Assembly: GCA_010093815.1 (NCBI GenBank)
Contig: ML996578.1
DNA length: 64,000 nt
Direction: 5' to 3' (one strand)
Origin: Pseudovirgaria hyperparasitica
Lineage: Eukaryota
Position numbers and translations under genes: made by a program. Below, in pieces: positions 1 to 13,471 of this stretch. Each line of letters begins with the position of its first letter. The stretch's first letter is position 1. The notes beneath the pieces are model-generated. The model was not told the DNA's origin and made no database searches. It worked only from the letters and a program-made list of their open reading frames with translations.

Positions 1-2331
1 TATTCATCAATCTGTGATGATCGGCACTGCATGCGGGAGCTCTACAGTCGCATGGCCACTATCTTGAATACCTGCAGTCAGTTTCTGGAGAAAAATCCGA
101 GCTATTTCAATCCGGAAAAAGTCAGGTCTTTGGGAAGTTGTATGCTATTGCTAAGCCAGCACGGCTATCTTGATAATTCAAGGAAAGCGGTCGTCCAAGA
201 TTGCCTACTTGTCACAAAGTCTCACACCTGTATATCATCTCCTACGGAGAGTGCTTGCCCCTTACTTTGCTTCATATCTAGTACTACCATACCAATCACT
301 TCTGCTCTTCGTTTAGCATTGCTATTCAGTCTAACACCTCTTTGAAATGAGCGTCCAGTCACCGCGCCCCTCCGGCCTAGGAGTGTGGTAAGGTTTGGAA
401 TGCGGTTCCACGCATAGTGAATAGCTTGTAATCGGTTCTTCCTTAGGCATAGTGTGGAGAAAAAATTTGAGGGGCGCACATGACGATATTCACGCAATGA
501 GGCCTAGGACGAGGCTTCATTGCAATCAGCCAATGCTTTAGAGGAGAGTCATACGCTATGCGATTTTCGCCGTGTCCTTAGACTGGCAAAGTAATTTCGC
601 CAGGCAAGATGTCATGCGACGGTCCACCGGCACAGCGAATAAGTCATCTATGAGATGTTCCAAAGCTTCAACTCAGAGTAAGCTTCGGCCCCGGTGGCGC
701 AAATCTGGATAAGCATACAAACTTGTACTGGCTCAGGCGCACCACTCCACGTGCCACTACGCTTACGCAGATCTCTCCAGAGAAAGTGTCATAGTGGCGC
801 AAGCTTACATGCCGCTATTTCCCGCTCATATCCAGGACGTACGTTCGCGGCACTTAAACATGTCCTGATTCTGCCTTGGCGCAAGTGCAAAGGATTTGAC
901 GTCCTGTCCATCTGTCCTAAAACTGGCACTCTGTTGATTTTCAGAAAAAGCAATATGAACGTCACAGAGTCATACAATTGCTGACAAACCTAAGCATGCT
1001 TAAAGCTACTAAGAACGCGACAGCCACAGACGTTTAGACATCCTGATGAAAGGGGACGTGGAATTGTTGCCAAGGGTGAGCAGTAGAAGTAGTATTCATT
1101 AGTGCTTGCTGTATACCTATTCCGCAATGTCCTATGATATAACCACCGTTTGGTATGTGCCATTTGCCCGGGAGCCAAAGTGTTCGTCACTTCGAGCAAA
1201 ATCGATGGGAATCCCATCGCCACAGTCCGGCCTGGAGGCAATCTGATTTGGCAGTGTGAGTGCCTGGGATCCTTTGCTTTTGGGGCATGCTCACAACAGA
1301 CACTATCTCAGCCTCAGTCACTTGGACAGCTTTGGACATGAATCTGTAAAGCCTATGTGGAACACGTGCAGAGGGCCAGGGTCTTGAAGGCTGAATCTAT
1401 ACTCTATCTAGGCACAGTGTCTGAGGACGGTCAGACCAATTGACTGTTCTGATCTCGCCCACCAACTTCCCCTTCAGGGCTGGCCCAAGCGGTCTGGGGG
1501 CTTTAACATAAGAACTGTAGAAAGGATAGTCCTATTGGAGAGGTCGTTCATGCGGCCATGATTTAACTAAAGCTATGTTCTAGACTTGAAGTCTCTGACT
1601 GAAAGCTTGCTTAATCTTGTGCACAACATGTTGTGGTTGATATCTTGCAAGGCTGCTGGCTCACTGAAGGGCGCGCACCTAACGGGTATGCTGCACACAT
1701 ATCGAACGTCTTATGATTTTTGCCCCTGAAGACTCGTATAGAAAGCTATCGTGATATCCCACTTCCAGGCAGCAGAAGTTTGACTTGCGCGTCCATTTCA
1801 GGTCTTGTGTCATTCCGCAATGTCACATTCCTTGTTTATGCCAAACCACTAAAGGTGATAGATAGCGTGCTCCACGCGTTTTGAGCAGAGAAGGATCCAT
1901 CGAGGCAGTCTTGCCGGTCTGATCTGAATCTGGATGCTTCTGAAATACGCCTCTCCGTTCCCTACGGGTCTGCTTATCCATACATTGCGACAGAAGGCCA
2001 GGAAATTGTCTTTGGCCGAGTCAAGCCATCCTTGATATCGCTGTCTCAGCCGTATCGCCCTGGTCATACGATCCGTTCACTAAATCTTGGCGATCATCGT
2101 GGTGGATTATACAGGAGGGGAGCTTTTCGAAATGCGTGCCCAAGGCGATTCAGTCCTTGAAGCGTCGGAGCATCTGACTGTAGTCGTAGGTAAGGGACTT
2201 TCGTGTATAAAATGCTCGACTCCTCATGTGCAGCGATATCACCATCAACATCGCAGTTCATACATCCCAAAGTGTTCTTCATATCCTTACCTATCCCCAC
2301 ATATTCGTCTTGTCTACCTATCCTTATCGTT

Positions 2332-3249
2332 ATGTTTTTCAAAAAGACGGCCTTGGTTGGCATGATTGCTATATCTGCTCATGCGGCACATCTCAGCTGG
2401 AGAGCAGAGTCTGTCAAAGTATCGAACTATACATACACTGGAAGCTCAACTGGACCTTTCAACTGGGCAAACCTGCAGGGCTGGTATCAAGGTGCCAACA
2501 AAGTTTGTGCAACAGGTAAAAAGCAGTCCCCTATCAACCTTGGTAAGTTAGCCTGCTTTCATGTTTCGATACCCATATTGACCCGATCCTAGATAGCAGC
2601 ATCCAAACAGGAGAAGCCCCAACCATCAACTACCCTGACGGTAATGCTATGGAGCTCGAAAATATCGGGACCACACTCGAAGTTGTGAACAAAGGCACCG
2701 CTTCATACAGTATCGTGGTTGGCGATCGTACTTTCCTATTCAACAACTTTCACTTCCACACCCCTTCTGAACATCGGATCAACGGCGAGTCGTTTCCCCT
2801 TGAAATGCATATTGTCAATGCGGCACGTAAGTTACAGCTCCAAACCGACTATGGAACACAGGACTAAACCTTTGCCAGGGGACCCTGCTAACAACGTCGT
2901 CCTCACTGTGCTCTTTAACATCGGCACGTCTGCTAACGCTTTCCTCACAAGTGTACTTCAAAACGCTGCCTCGGTGACTAGCCCGGGCAGCACAACAATG
3001 ACAGGCAATCTTAATTTCACGCCTATTCGCAACGCTTTTGCATCTTCAGCGGCACGCAAAGTCTACGAAGGCAGCCTGACGACGCCCCCGTGCACTGAGA
3101 ATACACAATTCATCATCGCGACGACACCACTGACGATGAGTATTGCACAATACAATACCATCAAAGGGATTATCAAATTCAACGCGCGGTACACGCAGAA
3201 TGCTCTTGGGCAGACAAACTTGTTGCAAATCAGCCAGCCGAGAAGCTAG
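2332..3249 (+). CDS. Secreted alpha-class carbonic anhydrase (3 exons; introns ~2543-2592 and ~2827-2878)
   Basis: N-terminal signal-like peptide MFFKKTALVGMIAISAHAA; CATGKKQSPINL; zinc-ligand motif FHFHTPSEH...EMHIV; YEGSLTTPPCTE. GT-AG introns join three ORF-track fragments in frame. Confidence 0.92.
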
Positions 3250-4767
3250 AATTTTATGCATACTGATGTTTCGCACTTCGTTTGGCGATGGGTCAGGGTT
3301 TGCCGTACATAAATTGATATTGAATGCCAGCACCTGTTTTTCTTCCAAGTCGACATGCCTCACGAGGATCCCTGTGATTTTACATTCCGACTCATCGTGT
3401 TTCCTTCATGTTGTCGTCTTCGTCGATCACTTGACGTTGATGCCAAGGTACCCAGTTGCACCGAACTCGGGAAGCCCCTGCGCAAGTCCCTTGGCCGCGT
3501 GGAACCTAAAAGCCTTGCGCCCGCCATCGTACCAAACTTCTGATCTTCTGATTCGACACTCACACCTAGCACGCTGCGCGATCTGGATCTGGGAGCGGTT
3601 CGACAGGTCATACCGATGTCGACGTCGTGTGCGATGAAGATCAGGGGTATTGAATGAGGAGATGAGATGAGGGTTGTTGGTGCTCAATGTATGCGAGCGG
3701 GTTGCCCTCGCCGGAGGGGTCTCCGTGTTCAGATGGACCTGAGATACAAAATTATGGATATATGATCCCAGCTGCATCGGTCGGCGCCCTTATACGTCAT
3801 AGGAGGGATTCGGCTTGTTCTGGTTGTCCATGGTGTATTGGGTACTATCAATGATAGGTCCGACTAGTATTTGGCTCCGTAACGCAACATCGAGGCGCAG
3901 GCATGAATTGGGAAATTCGATGCTAGCACAATTCAATGGATAGAGTTTCTTCGTTGAAGTGTGCACACACCAAACTTCTTTTTTTTCAATGAAGACATCA
4001 TGTCGCTCGAATAGACACCGCACACAACCCGGGAATCAGGTTCCTAATAGCATGCAAAGTGCGACCAGTTCGTTATGCCTCGCGAAAACCTTTTCGCTTT
4101 CATCAATACGATGATCTCGTCGATGGCTGATCCGATTTATGTGTTAGAATCAGCTTTGCCTTTCGTCGGGTCAGAGCCATCATCCGCTTCGTCTCGATCA
4201 GCCTCACCACTATCCTCGGATGAGAGTGTAGTCGGAGGGGCAGTTGGTGCACTCGCTGTTGTGTTTTTATTATTGTCGCTGTAATCTTTGTGCGATGGTG
4301 CATGCAGCAAGGTGAGGGGACGCGAAATCTGGCTGCAGTCGTGGCTACCTCGTATCCTCCAGATACGGATCGTCCACGGGTGGTATTTCCGCCCTGTGCC
4401 TAGAGGACACAAGGATTCAATGGATTTAGGTAGCGGTATTGTCCTCACAAGACTTCTCCTCGGTGTATGATTGTTTCACCCTGCTACGAGATATAGCCAG
4501 CCCTTGCGCGCCAGAGTGCTGATTCTGGTGTCCTTCACCGAGAATGAGAATCCGTAGAGACAGTCAAAGGAATTTATGGTGGACGGCATTGATGTATAAT
4601 ACAGCGTGTTCCATCTGTGTGCATTCAATTGTAAAGCCGTTTATATAGCGGAGCATACAGATGGATCGATTGTCCCACACGTCAGGCTCAAACCCACTGT
4701 GCCCGAATTATCTGTCACTCTTGGCGCTTATTGTACGCACCTGCAGCGCAATGAAAGCCGTCTTACC

Positions 4768-4786
4768 TATATATATATATATATAT
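4768..4786. repeat. (TA)n microsatellite at the start of an AT-rich patch
   Basis: tatatatatatatatatat seen directly. Confidence 0.9.
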
Positions 4787-4992
4787 GTAGTAATGTAGGC
4801 CTTTCTCTATAGCATTATATAAAGTCTTTCAAAAATAATATAGGAATCAAACAAAGATGGTCTTACATCTGCCCTCCTTTTTGTATATCTGAATTATCTT
4901 ATCATAAGCTAGATTAGAGACCCTAAGTCTGTTACCATATAAGTAAATTCATCTACTCCTACTATATAAGTCTATATAAATATATCATATCA
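4768..4992. mobile_element. AT/TpA-rich patch, probable RIP-degraded repeat relic
   Basis: Abrupt drop in GC with many TA dinucleotides; no clear termini found. Confidence 0.4.
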
Positions 4993-5223
4993 TGATTGCG
5001 GACCTTGCCCAGAGAGAGAGGTGAATATGTAGATCAAGGGCCCACGAGCGTGGTAGGTATAGACTTGAGATAAATGCCAAGAGTAACAGCTAATTCGAAC
5101 CTGACAGAGTCGATTTGTGCTTAGGACTTGAAGCGCCCGCCGTAGCAGCTATGGACGAGAGTAACATGAATTCTTTTCCTCGTTCATTCCTTGACTGCGA
5201 CCACCAAAGGACTTCTCAAGTCA

Positions 5224-6789
5224 ATGATGAACACGGCTCCTGTGGTTCTCTTGCGGCGACCATTACTCCAGCGAGGAGACGCAATTTGTTCACAATGCTT
5301 GCATAAGCTCGCTCGTCCATTCTATCTATCTCAGCAACGAAGACTATCGAACACAACTCCCTCCAAAGCCTCTGCGGTGAGCTCAAAGTCGATTCGCAGC
5401 ACTTTTTCTAAAGAATACTTCTGGCCAAATAAAATACTAGAAGAAGTGCTAGGACAGCCTAGAAGAGGTTTACAACAAAAAGCAGTGGGGGGACAAGAGG
5501 TCATCGCAAGAGACGGAGTAACCACATCACTGAATCTGGAGGATGTTCGACCTCAAGAGAGCCTGTCAAACCAATCCGTACAGCAAGATGAATATCCACA
5601 TCGTCGGCGAAAGCGCTTGAAGGAAGATGCTGCCTCTGCTGCGACAGCCATAACACCAAGCTATCCTATCGCGCCCGATGCTTCATCACGACTGACAACA
5701 GCCTCTGCTGCACTCCCTTCAAACTCTCTCAAACGACGCATCGCAACTTATCTTTCACTCTCCAAACCACGCCTCACGATCCTGGTAATGCTCACCACGA
5801 CCTCCGCATACGGCATATTCCCTGTTCCCGCCCTTCTCTCCGTCGCAGCAACCACCACGCCCTCTCTTTCCACCCTTACACTCCTCTTTCTTACGTCCGG
5901 AACCATTCTCGCCAGCGCTTCCGCCAACACCCTCAATATGCTCTTCGAGCCCGCCCATGACGCCAAGATGTCCCGCACCCGCAATCGCCCTCTCGTGCGA
6001 AAGCTCGTCTCGCCTCGCGGCGCCTTCATATTCGCTCTCGTCACGGGTACGTTAGGTACTGCAGCATTATACTATGGTGTCAATCCCACGGTCGCGTTTC
6101 TTGGTGCACTGAACATCGCGCTGTATGCAGGTGTATATACGCCGTTCAAGCGCATTCATGTGGTTAATACATGGGTCGGGGCGCTTGTGGGTGGCATTCC
6201 GCCACTGATGGGCTGGGCTGCGGCAGCTGGCCAGTGCGCAACTGAAGATGGTGGATGGCAAGAGCTGCTCTTCGGCGAGAATAGTGCAGGTGGTTGGCTA
6301 TTAGCGGGCTTGCTATACTGCTGGCAGTTTCCACATTTCAATTCGCTAAGCTGGACGATTCGCGAAGAGTACAGAAATGCCGGGTATAAGATGCTGGCGT
6401 GGGTCAACCCGGCGATGAATGCAAGAGTGGCGCTGCGATATTCTGTCCTTATGTTTCCAATCTGCGTTGGGCTCTGTGTCGTAGGTGTAACAGATTGGAG
6501 CTTCGCGATAACGAGTACGGCAATTAATGGGTGGATGTTCTATGAGGCTGTGCGGTTTTGGAAGTTCGAGGGGCAGAAAGGGAGCGCCAGGGGTTTGTTT
6601 TGGGCCAGTGTATGGCATTTGCCTATTGTGCTTGTACTGGCCATGGTGCAGAAGCAGGGGCTACTACAACGTATTTTAGATGCTCTCACTGGCAGAAGTT
6701 CTATCGAAGACGAAGAAGACTTCGACTATGCTGACGAGGAAGATCTGGAGATAGACACAACAACGCAAGTAGAGACAAAGGCTTCATAG
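5224..6789 (+). CDS. COX10: Protoheme IX farnesyltransferase (heme O synthase), mitochondrial
   Basis: Single exon. Arg/Leu/Ser-rich presequence; LSKPRLT, ANTLNMLFEPAHDAKMSRTRNRPL, YTPFKR, NTWVGALVGGIPPLMGW, WQFPHFNSLSW (UbiA family, Cox10 motifs). Confidence 0.96.
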   Translation: MMNTAPVVLLRRPLLQRGDAICSQCLHKLARPFYLSQQRRLSNTTPSKASAVSSKSIRSTFSKEYFWPNKILEEVLGQPRRGLQQKAVGGQEVIARDGVTTSLNLEDVRPQESLSNQSVQQDEYPHRRRKRLKEDAASAATAITPSYPIAPDASSRLTTASAALPSNSLKRRIATYLSLSKPRLTILVMLTTTSAYGIFPVPALLSVAATTTPSLSTLTLLFLTSGTILASASANTLNMLFEPAHDAKMSRTRNRPLVRKLVSPRGAFIFALVTGTLGTAALYYGVNPTVAFLGALNIALYAGVYTPFKRIHVVNTWVGALVGGIPPLMGWAAAAGQCATEDGGWQELLFGENSAGGWLLAGLLYCWQFPHFNSLSWTIREEYRNAGYKMLAWVNPAMNARVALRYSVLMFPICVGLCVVGVTDWSFAITSTAINGWMFYEAVRFWKFEGQKGSARGLFWASVWHLPIVLVLAMVQKQGLLQRILDALTGRSSIEDEEDFDYADEEDLEIDTTTQVETKAS

Positions 6790-7162
6790 CAGGACTCAGT
6801 ATATATTAGGATGGCATTATAGGCGTCGAGAAAACCATAAAGGCGGCGTCATGTGAACACATTTTGGTACTGTATTGTACATATAATATTCTTTTGTATA
6901 AAAGCTCTTACAAGGATGCCTATTGCGCCCATAGTCACCGCACTGCTCTATTCGGTTATCGTCATATATTCCAATTGAACGACAACCATCGTAAGGGTTC
7001 CGCTCGCCTGTATTGAGCACAACCTCTCGGCCATCTTTTCTAGTATGAGAGTCTTACCATCCTTCCCAGCCAAACAAAATAGACTTTCGATCTCATTTCT
7101 CCAACAGCGTTCGAAAGTCTAAAATATTGCTCTTCATTCTACGGAGCAGCCATCTATTCCAT

Positions 7163-8124
7163 CTAATCTAATTCAGTTTGCTGTGTGAATAAGGGGTCTA
7201 TAATCTTAGCAACAGCTTCCGCAGATGTAAAGAGGATACCTACGAGCATTGTTTCATCAGTGCTTGTAGCATTAAGGGGTAAAACTTGACTTTCTCGGAC
7301 TTACCACCACTGAAAACAGTCCGACTTAGCCGCATTACTGTCCCTCTCCAGAATCCTTTGATGCCGTCGTACTTCATCACACTTGCTATGGCTTGCTTTG
7401 TCGTGGTAACCTTTGCAGTCTGACTTCTTGTCTTGATGACGTCGAATGGTTGAGTTGACACTGTGGTTATAATACCGGCTATGCTTCCGTTGATGAAGTT
7501 GACTGCCGTATTCTGAGTGATGCCTTTCGTTCGCTCATAATCTTTGATGATATTGTAACTGCCCATGCGGAAAGATGTTGCGCCAGCTTGCTTTAATGTA
7601 GTTCCGACAAAGCCACGGTACAGCCCTTTAAGGCCGTCTTCTTTGATAATTAACTGGATAGCATGCACGCCATTCTTGTAACGTTTCGCTCCTCTTGCAT
7701 CGTCTATGAGCGCGGTTTTGAGTCGCTCTGTCGGCGTAACGGCAAAAATTGATGCAACAACACCAGATACCATGCCACCAAGCATATTCCTCAGTGGTGA
7801 TAGTGTTCCTGTCTCTGGATCTTTGAAAGCGTTCTTGACCGTGTCGAAGGATAGAAAGCGCACAGCATCCTTCGCGATACTGCCAACAACAAGGGACCCA
7901 CAACCCTTGTACATAGCCCGCAGGCCCTCATCTCGATATAATTGGAATGCTATCTTGTATGGATTTCTGGGGAGTTTTTGTGATATGCCTTTCTCTTGAT
8001 GAAGCTGCACGCGGGTCTTCGTAAATTCGAATGGATATGTCGAAAAGGCCTCGATACCGCCAGCAACGCCGCCTGATATGATGGAGACATACGGAGATGT
8101 GTGTGCTTTTTCGTCTTTAGGCAT
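7163..8124 (-). CDS. Mitochondrial carrier family protein, tricarboxylate/citrate (CTP1-like); intron ~7240-7304
   Basis: Three PX[DE]XX[KR]X[RK]-type signatures (PFEFTKTR, PTERLKT, PFDVIKTR). A GTAAGT...TAG intron restores the C-terminus GGILFTSAEAVAKIIDPLFTQQTELD*. Confidence 0.88.
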
Positions 8125-8821
8125 TTTGGATACCTTCTTCTTGTACGTGTTTCTCTGTTATGGCTCGTTTCATCCAATCGTCACACAGCAGCAACAACAA
8201 TGAATGGTTTCTGTTATTGATAAGGGCTGTATCGACACTTTGAACACAGCAGCTATCTTAACAACGAACGATCCTCCGCTACCAATCTCTTGTATTGACA
8301 TGTCGTGTAAAGGTAATGTAGAACATCCTCGGCGCGGTCGCGCTTAGATTTCGGCTACGAACAAGTACCTCATTAAGGGGGTTTAGGGTAATGCTATTTA
8401 TGGGCCAGTCAACACATCATGCTAGGACCGATGAGAAAGGTATGCAGAAGGTTACACATCTTGTCTTAAGAATGGTCGCTAATACTCATTGATTAGGCAG
8501 ATATGAGGCTTCTTTGTTTTCGTATTCGTGCAGCCAACGGGCAGCGTCATTGATGGCCCGTGCGCTCCTCCAAGAAGGCAAGCGGCGAGCTTCCGGGATG
8601 GTGGGCAAGTCCACGAAGAACAACCCTACTGCGGGTCGCCAACACATCTGCAGGTGATTGTGACAATTCTCGATTGACCCGGCTTCTTCCATTCAGAAGT
8701 GTTTCCAATTCATACTCCTCATTATTATTCAGACACGCCATGGCAACAATCTGACTTCACCGATCCTTGACCAGACTCTAGCGACTGCCCCAGCTGACGC
8801 AGCATCTGCATTGTATTATAT

Positions 8822-10463
8822 ATGGCGAGCTCATTCGAGAAATCAGTGAAGGGAGGTACCAAGATAAAAGTCAGTCAAAATCAAGTCTTATCAGCCTACA
8901 ATCCTATGTGTATCATTCGAGATTGGGACTGACGTCTTCCAGCTTGCGCCTCCTAAATCTAAATATGTCGAACATATCCTCGTAGCCACGCATGCAGGCG
9001 AAGCAGGCGTCGGTGAGATCTTCCGTGCGTTGCAGAATAGACTTCGCGATACGACATGGACAGTGGTCTTCAAATCGCTCATAATCATACATTTGATGAT
9101 AAGAGAAGGAGAGCCCGATGTGACCCTGAAATTCATGTCGCATTCGCCCTCGCGGAAGCTTGCAATAAATCATTTCACAGAAGGTTCGTCAAAGGCTCGA
9201 GGGCTCTCCACTTGCATACTCGCTAGTACTGCGCCCTACCCCAGAGGTGGGCAAGGTATCAATTAGTGCATATGGCTATGATGCGTGCTATTGAATACAA
9301 GGACTTCGCATACCTTTAATGGCCAAGGTGGAACCTGTACTGACTGAATTTATCTCTAGCTCAAACGCAAGGTCGTAACATACGTACATACTCAGAATAC
9401 CTACTTGAACGAGCGCGAGCCTATGGACAAACGAAGGTTGATTATGTACGCGGCGGAGAAGGGAGGTTAAAAAGGCTGAGTGTGGACAAAGGCCTGCTAC
9501 GAGAGACAGAGGCTGTACAGAACCAGATCAAGGCGCTTGTTCAATGCGAGGTGTGAGAGTACAGCTTGAGGCACATATTGAAGCTAATACGGAATCTAGC
9601 TGTTTCAAGACGAGCCAGAGAACGAAATCACACTCGTAGCCTTCCGCTTACTGACCATGGACTTGCTTGTCCTGTTCCATATTATGAACGAAGGTACAAT
9701 TAACGTTCTGGAACACTATTTCGAGATGTCACATCCAGACGCGGAACGAGCGCTGAGAATATATCGAACATTCTGCAAACAAACAGAGCTGGTTGTTCAA
9801 TATCTGAGCATTGCAAGATTGCATGAACACTCAACGCGGCTGGAGATACCCAAGATAAAGCACGCCCCGACAAGTCTCGCAAAATCGTTAGAAGAGTATC
9901 TGAATGCACCAGATTTCGAAACGAGTCGTAGGCAATATCTCATCGCCAAAGACGCCAAAAAGGGTAGCAAGGCTGCTAATGGCACGAATGAGTCTGCGGG
10001 AGCATCTCGTACGACTCCCGCAAGGACAGAAACTAAGGCCACTCAAGATGCTCGACCAACAACTGCCGGAGCGACGCAGCAAGCAATTAAACCGGGGGCT
10101 GATCTCATTGATTTCTTTGATTCGATCGAGCAGAATCAGCAGCCAATGGTGACACAAGCTGGCCAGCCACAGCAGTTTCAAACTCCCTTTCCATATCAGC
10201 GGCAGCAGCAGCAGCAACAATCAGGATTCCAGCAGCAAAGTGGTCTCATGCAACAGCCCAATGTTCAGGAGCAGCTATCGCAACACGGATTCGCAACAAA
10301 CGCCGCGGATCCGTTTGGACAACCGCAGCAGGTTCAGCAAGTCCAACAGAGCTTCACAGGAGCAGGATTTGGAGGGTACACCCATCAGCCTCAACAGCAG
10401 TTCAATCCGCAGGGCCTTTCCCTACAGTCAATTCCGCAGAATGGAATGGTGGATTTCTCTCAA

Positions 10464-10495
<32 letters not shown>

Positions 10496-11063
10496 TCAAT
10501 TTCAGAACCCGGTAACATCTCCGGGGGCCCTCCAACCTCAATCAACAAATCCGTTCCGTCAATCTATGTTACCCACTCAGACTGGTGGCTTAAATCCAAA
10601 CCTGGCAGGCCAACAGAATACAGCTGGTTTAAGTCGGTCTCCCACCAATCCGTTTGCGAGAAACCCTTCACCGACCCAGCAACAGGTGCCAAACGTGCCA
10701 CATATACCCCAGGCGTATAGCAATACTTCAATGCAGGCACCACAACCGTCACCGTTCGTACAACCACAGCAACCTCAGAGTTTGCTCCCAACTCAGACAG
10801 GTACCAACCCTTTCGCTCGGAATTCATCGCCAAGCCAGGCGTCGTCTTCTCCTGTCTCTACTCTACAAGGGTTAATGCCAAATCCTACGGGTACTACCAA
10901 CCCTTTCAGACAAAGTATGTTTGTCAATCAGCAGACTGGCCAGGGGTGGCAATCCGCTCCAGGTCAAGGTACTATGGGAGGCTTGGAGCAGCTCCCAACA
11001 ATGCCTGTATTTCCACGACCTGGTCAGCAGCCGCCCCAGCAGCCGCAAGGAGGATGGCAATAG
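8822..11063 (+). CDS. ANTH-domain clathrin assembly protein (AP180/YAP1801-like); introns ~8870-8942, 9184-9359, 9551-9599
   Basis: MASSFEKSVKGGTKIKLAPPKSKYVEHILVAT...WTVVFKSLIIIHLMIREG ANTH domain; DLIDF clathrin-box-like motif; four NPF motifs in a Q-rich tail. Confidence 0.92.
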
Positions 11064-11435
11064 GTTTTCAATCATTGGTATGATACCCTGTCGGTATTAA
11101 TTGTTCGCATGTAGATATCATGGCGTTAGATGGTTATTGTATCTTCTCGACACATGAACGGCAAACAAAGCAAAACGCAATACACCCTATTGATATCATC
11201 AATCCTATCGATGTTGGTAAATGCAGGTCGCTGTAAGGCACATTATGTCAAGTGGCCGGGAGAATTCGCTACGGATTTACGCGTAGCCTTTCGAGTTGCC
11301 GCAATTGGCAGTTTTCTGGGCGATCACAACGGGATCTTGCTCCTACAGTTCCCGCATCTGACTCACCTCCGACAAATATATCTTCACCTCACGACCACTC
11401 TACATGACGCGACTGACAGAGACATCCTCAGAGAA

Positions 11436-12946
11436 ATGGCAACTACTACTGAAACGGCCTACCAGTCGCATATAAGTGCATATCCTTCCGACGACCTTGA
11501 ACTGCACCAGACGAACCAGTCTAGGATCAGTGACATCGGCAGTCTGCATGGTGCATCATTCGAGCAAGAGCTTCTGCCAATCACACGCAAGACACAGATC
11601 ACTGTCTTGATCTCTAGCTTCTTTTGCGTATTCATGACCATCGGTACTGACTCAATTCTACATTTTACCAGAGCTTTAGCTTCCAATGAATACTAACTTC
11701 CACAGGACTTAATCAGACTTACGGTGTCTTTCAAAACTTTTACATATCGGACCCGAATTCCCTCATCAGCGCCAATGAAAGACGAAACATCGCGTTGATA
11801 GCGTTTGTCGGGGTGCTCGGAGCAGGTCTTACGTGGGCAGGCAGTATATTCGTGAACCCCCTCATGGCTCGTTCCAATGATTTGCGCAAGCTCACTGCGG
11901 CAGGCGCTCTGCTCATCAGTCTTGGTTTCGCACTGGCCTCGCTAAGCACAACAACATGGCATCTCCTCATAACCCAAGGTCTCATCTATGGCGTCGGCAG
12001 CTCGCTTCTATACTTCCCAATCATGTCCATCGCGCCTGAATATTTCGACGACCATCGAGGTGCTGCCATGGGCTTGATTCTTGCCGGGTCTGGTATAGGC
12101 GGCCTCGTGCTGTCGCCTACTACGCAATATCTTCTTGCCCGCGTAGGACCTCGATGGACACTTCGGGTCCTAGCCCTGATCAACCTATTGGTTGCTGGTC
12201 CCGTGGCTTTGGCGACTAGTCCCTCCAGAAGTGTACAACGGCGACCAACGCTTGTAAATATAGCCATTGCAAAGCGGCCAACATTTATACTACAAACGAC
12301 TGGCGCCTTGTTGCAAGCAGCGGGCAATTTCGTACCCTTGACGTTTTTGCCGGACTTTTCAGTTGCGCTGGGCTACACTACGGCGTTTGGGGCATTGCTT
12401 CTGTCGCTGAACAGTGGCGTTAACTCGGCCAGCCGTATAGTGATGGGTATCATTGCTGATAAGGCTGGCAGGCAAAATACGCTAATAGTCAGTGTGCTTG
12501 GGTCCGCGCTCAGTGTCGGTGTCCTGTGGTCGGTGGCAGCAACCGGCGGCACTAATACCAAAGCACTTTGGGTGGCTTTTGTTATTATGTACGGCGTGAC
12601 GTCTGGAGGTACGTATACGGACGCAAAAAATCGCTCTATGGCTAAAATAGAAGCAGGCTACAACGCTCTTTTCCCCACCACGATCACGGAGGTGTTCGGT
12701 ATACAAGCGTATGCCTCAGTAAATGGATTTGCCTACTTTGTACGAGGTCTAGGGGCCTTTGGAGGCACACCAATTGGTGGCGAAATTCTGTCCAGGGAAC
12801 AAGTTGACGGGTCTGAGAGGACTGCGGCAACTTTTCAAACCGTCATTTGGTATGATACAGCCTTACTAAGTGCTGCAACAGTCTGCGTAATTGGTGTCCG
12901 GCTGTTCGATGCTTTGGACAAGAAGCACTTCAAGGTCAAAGCTTGA
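11436..12946 (+). CDS. MFS transporter, monocarboxylate porter (MCH-like) family; introns ~11644-11705 and 12609-12656
   Basis: About 12 hydrophobic segments; QGLIYGVGSSLLYFP, EYFDDHRGAAMG, GIIADKAGRQN motifs. Confidence 0.88.
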
Positions 12947-13471
12947 ACGACGTGTTCTTCGAAGACGTAGATTTCCTTACAATGTGAAAAGTCTCAAAAG
13001 ATGACTACGGCTTATTCCTGCCAGCTAGTTCTCATATTTCATAATCAGATTGGACGTCTTGTAACAAACAAACATTAAATCACTTATACAACTTAATAGG
13101 GGCAGCGAAGACAACAAAGCACTTATACTGAAAAACACAGGCAGCGATTATCTTTGATCTGTCATGTATTCATAGGGAGTGCTACAGGTTCGTATGCATG
13201 CAATCTTCACAGCTCATATCGTCCAACCACCCAGCCCCATCCTTCTCATCAAACCCATTCAACAGTATGCATCGCACTGAATTTAACAAGCAGGGCGCTC
13301 CAAGAGACCTGGAAAGACATGAACAAAAAGAAAGCAGCCTCTACTCCGAAAACCATGCGTCTAACAATGCAATATCCGAGACCGTGCTCGTTGACAGTAA
13401 CTCAAACACTCCTCGCTGTACCAGCAACGCGACAAAGACTGACCCAAAAGAGACGATGAAAGTCGCGCCAC

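Noticed and set aside
1..2300. Short ORFs at the window start, and the many antisense ORFs overlapping real genes throughout
   Set aside because: No recognisable motifs or splice-supported structure; consistent with chance or shadow ORFs.
4791..4802. 12-mer TAATGTAGGCCT shared with the MITE interior (47071-47082)
   Set aside because: The similarity does not extend on either side, so it is insufficient to call the same family.
9184..9359. snoRNA or microexon in the long ANTH intron
   Set aside because: The C box is imperfect, the CTGA coincides with the branch point, there is no terminal stem, and candidate microexons are not frame-preserving.
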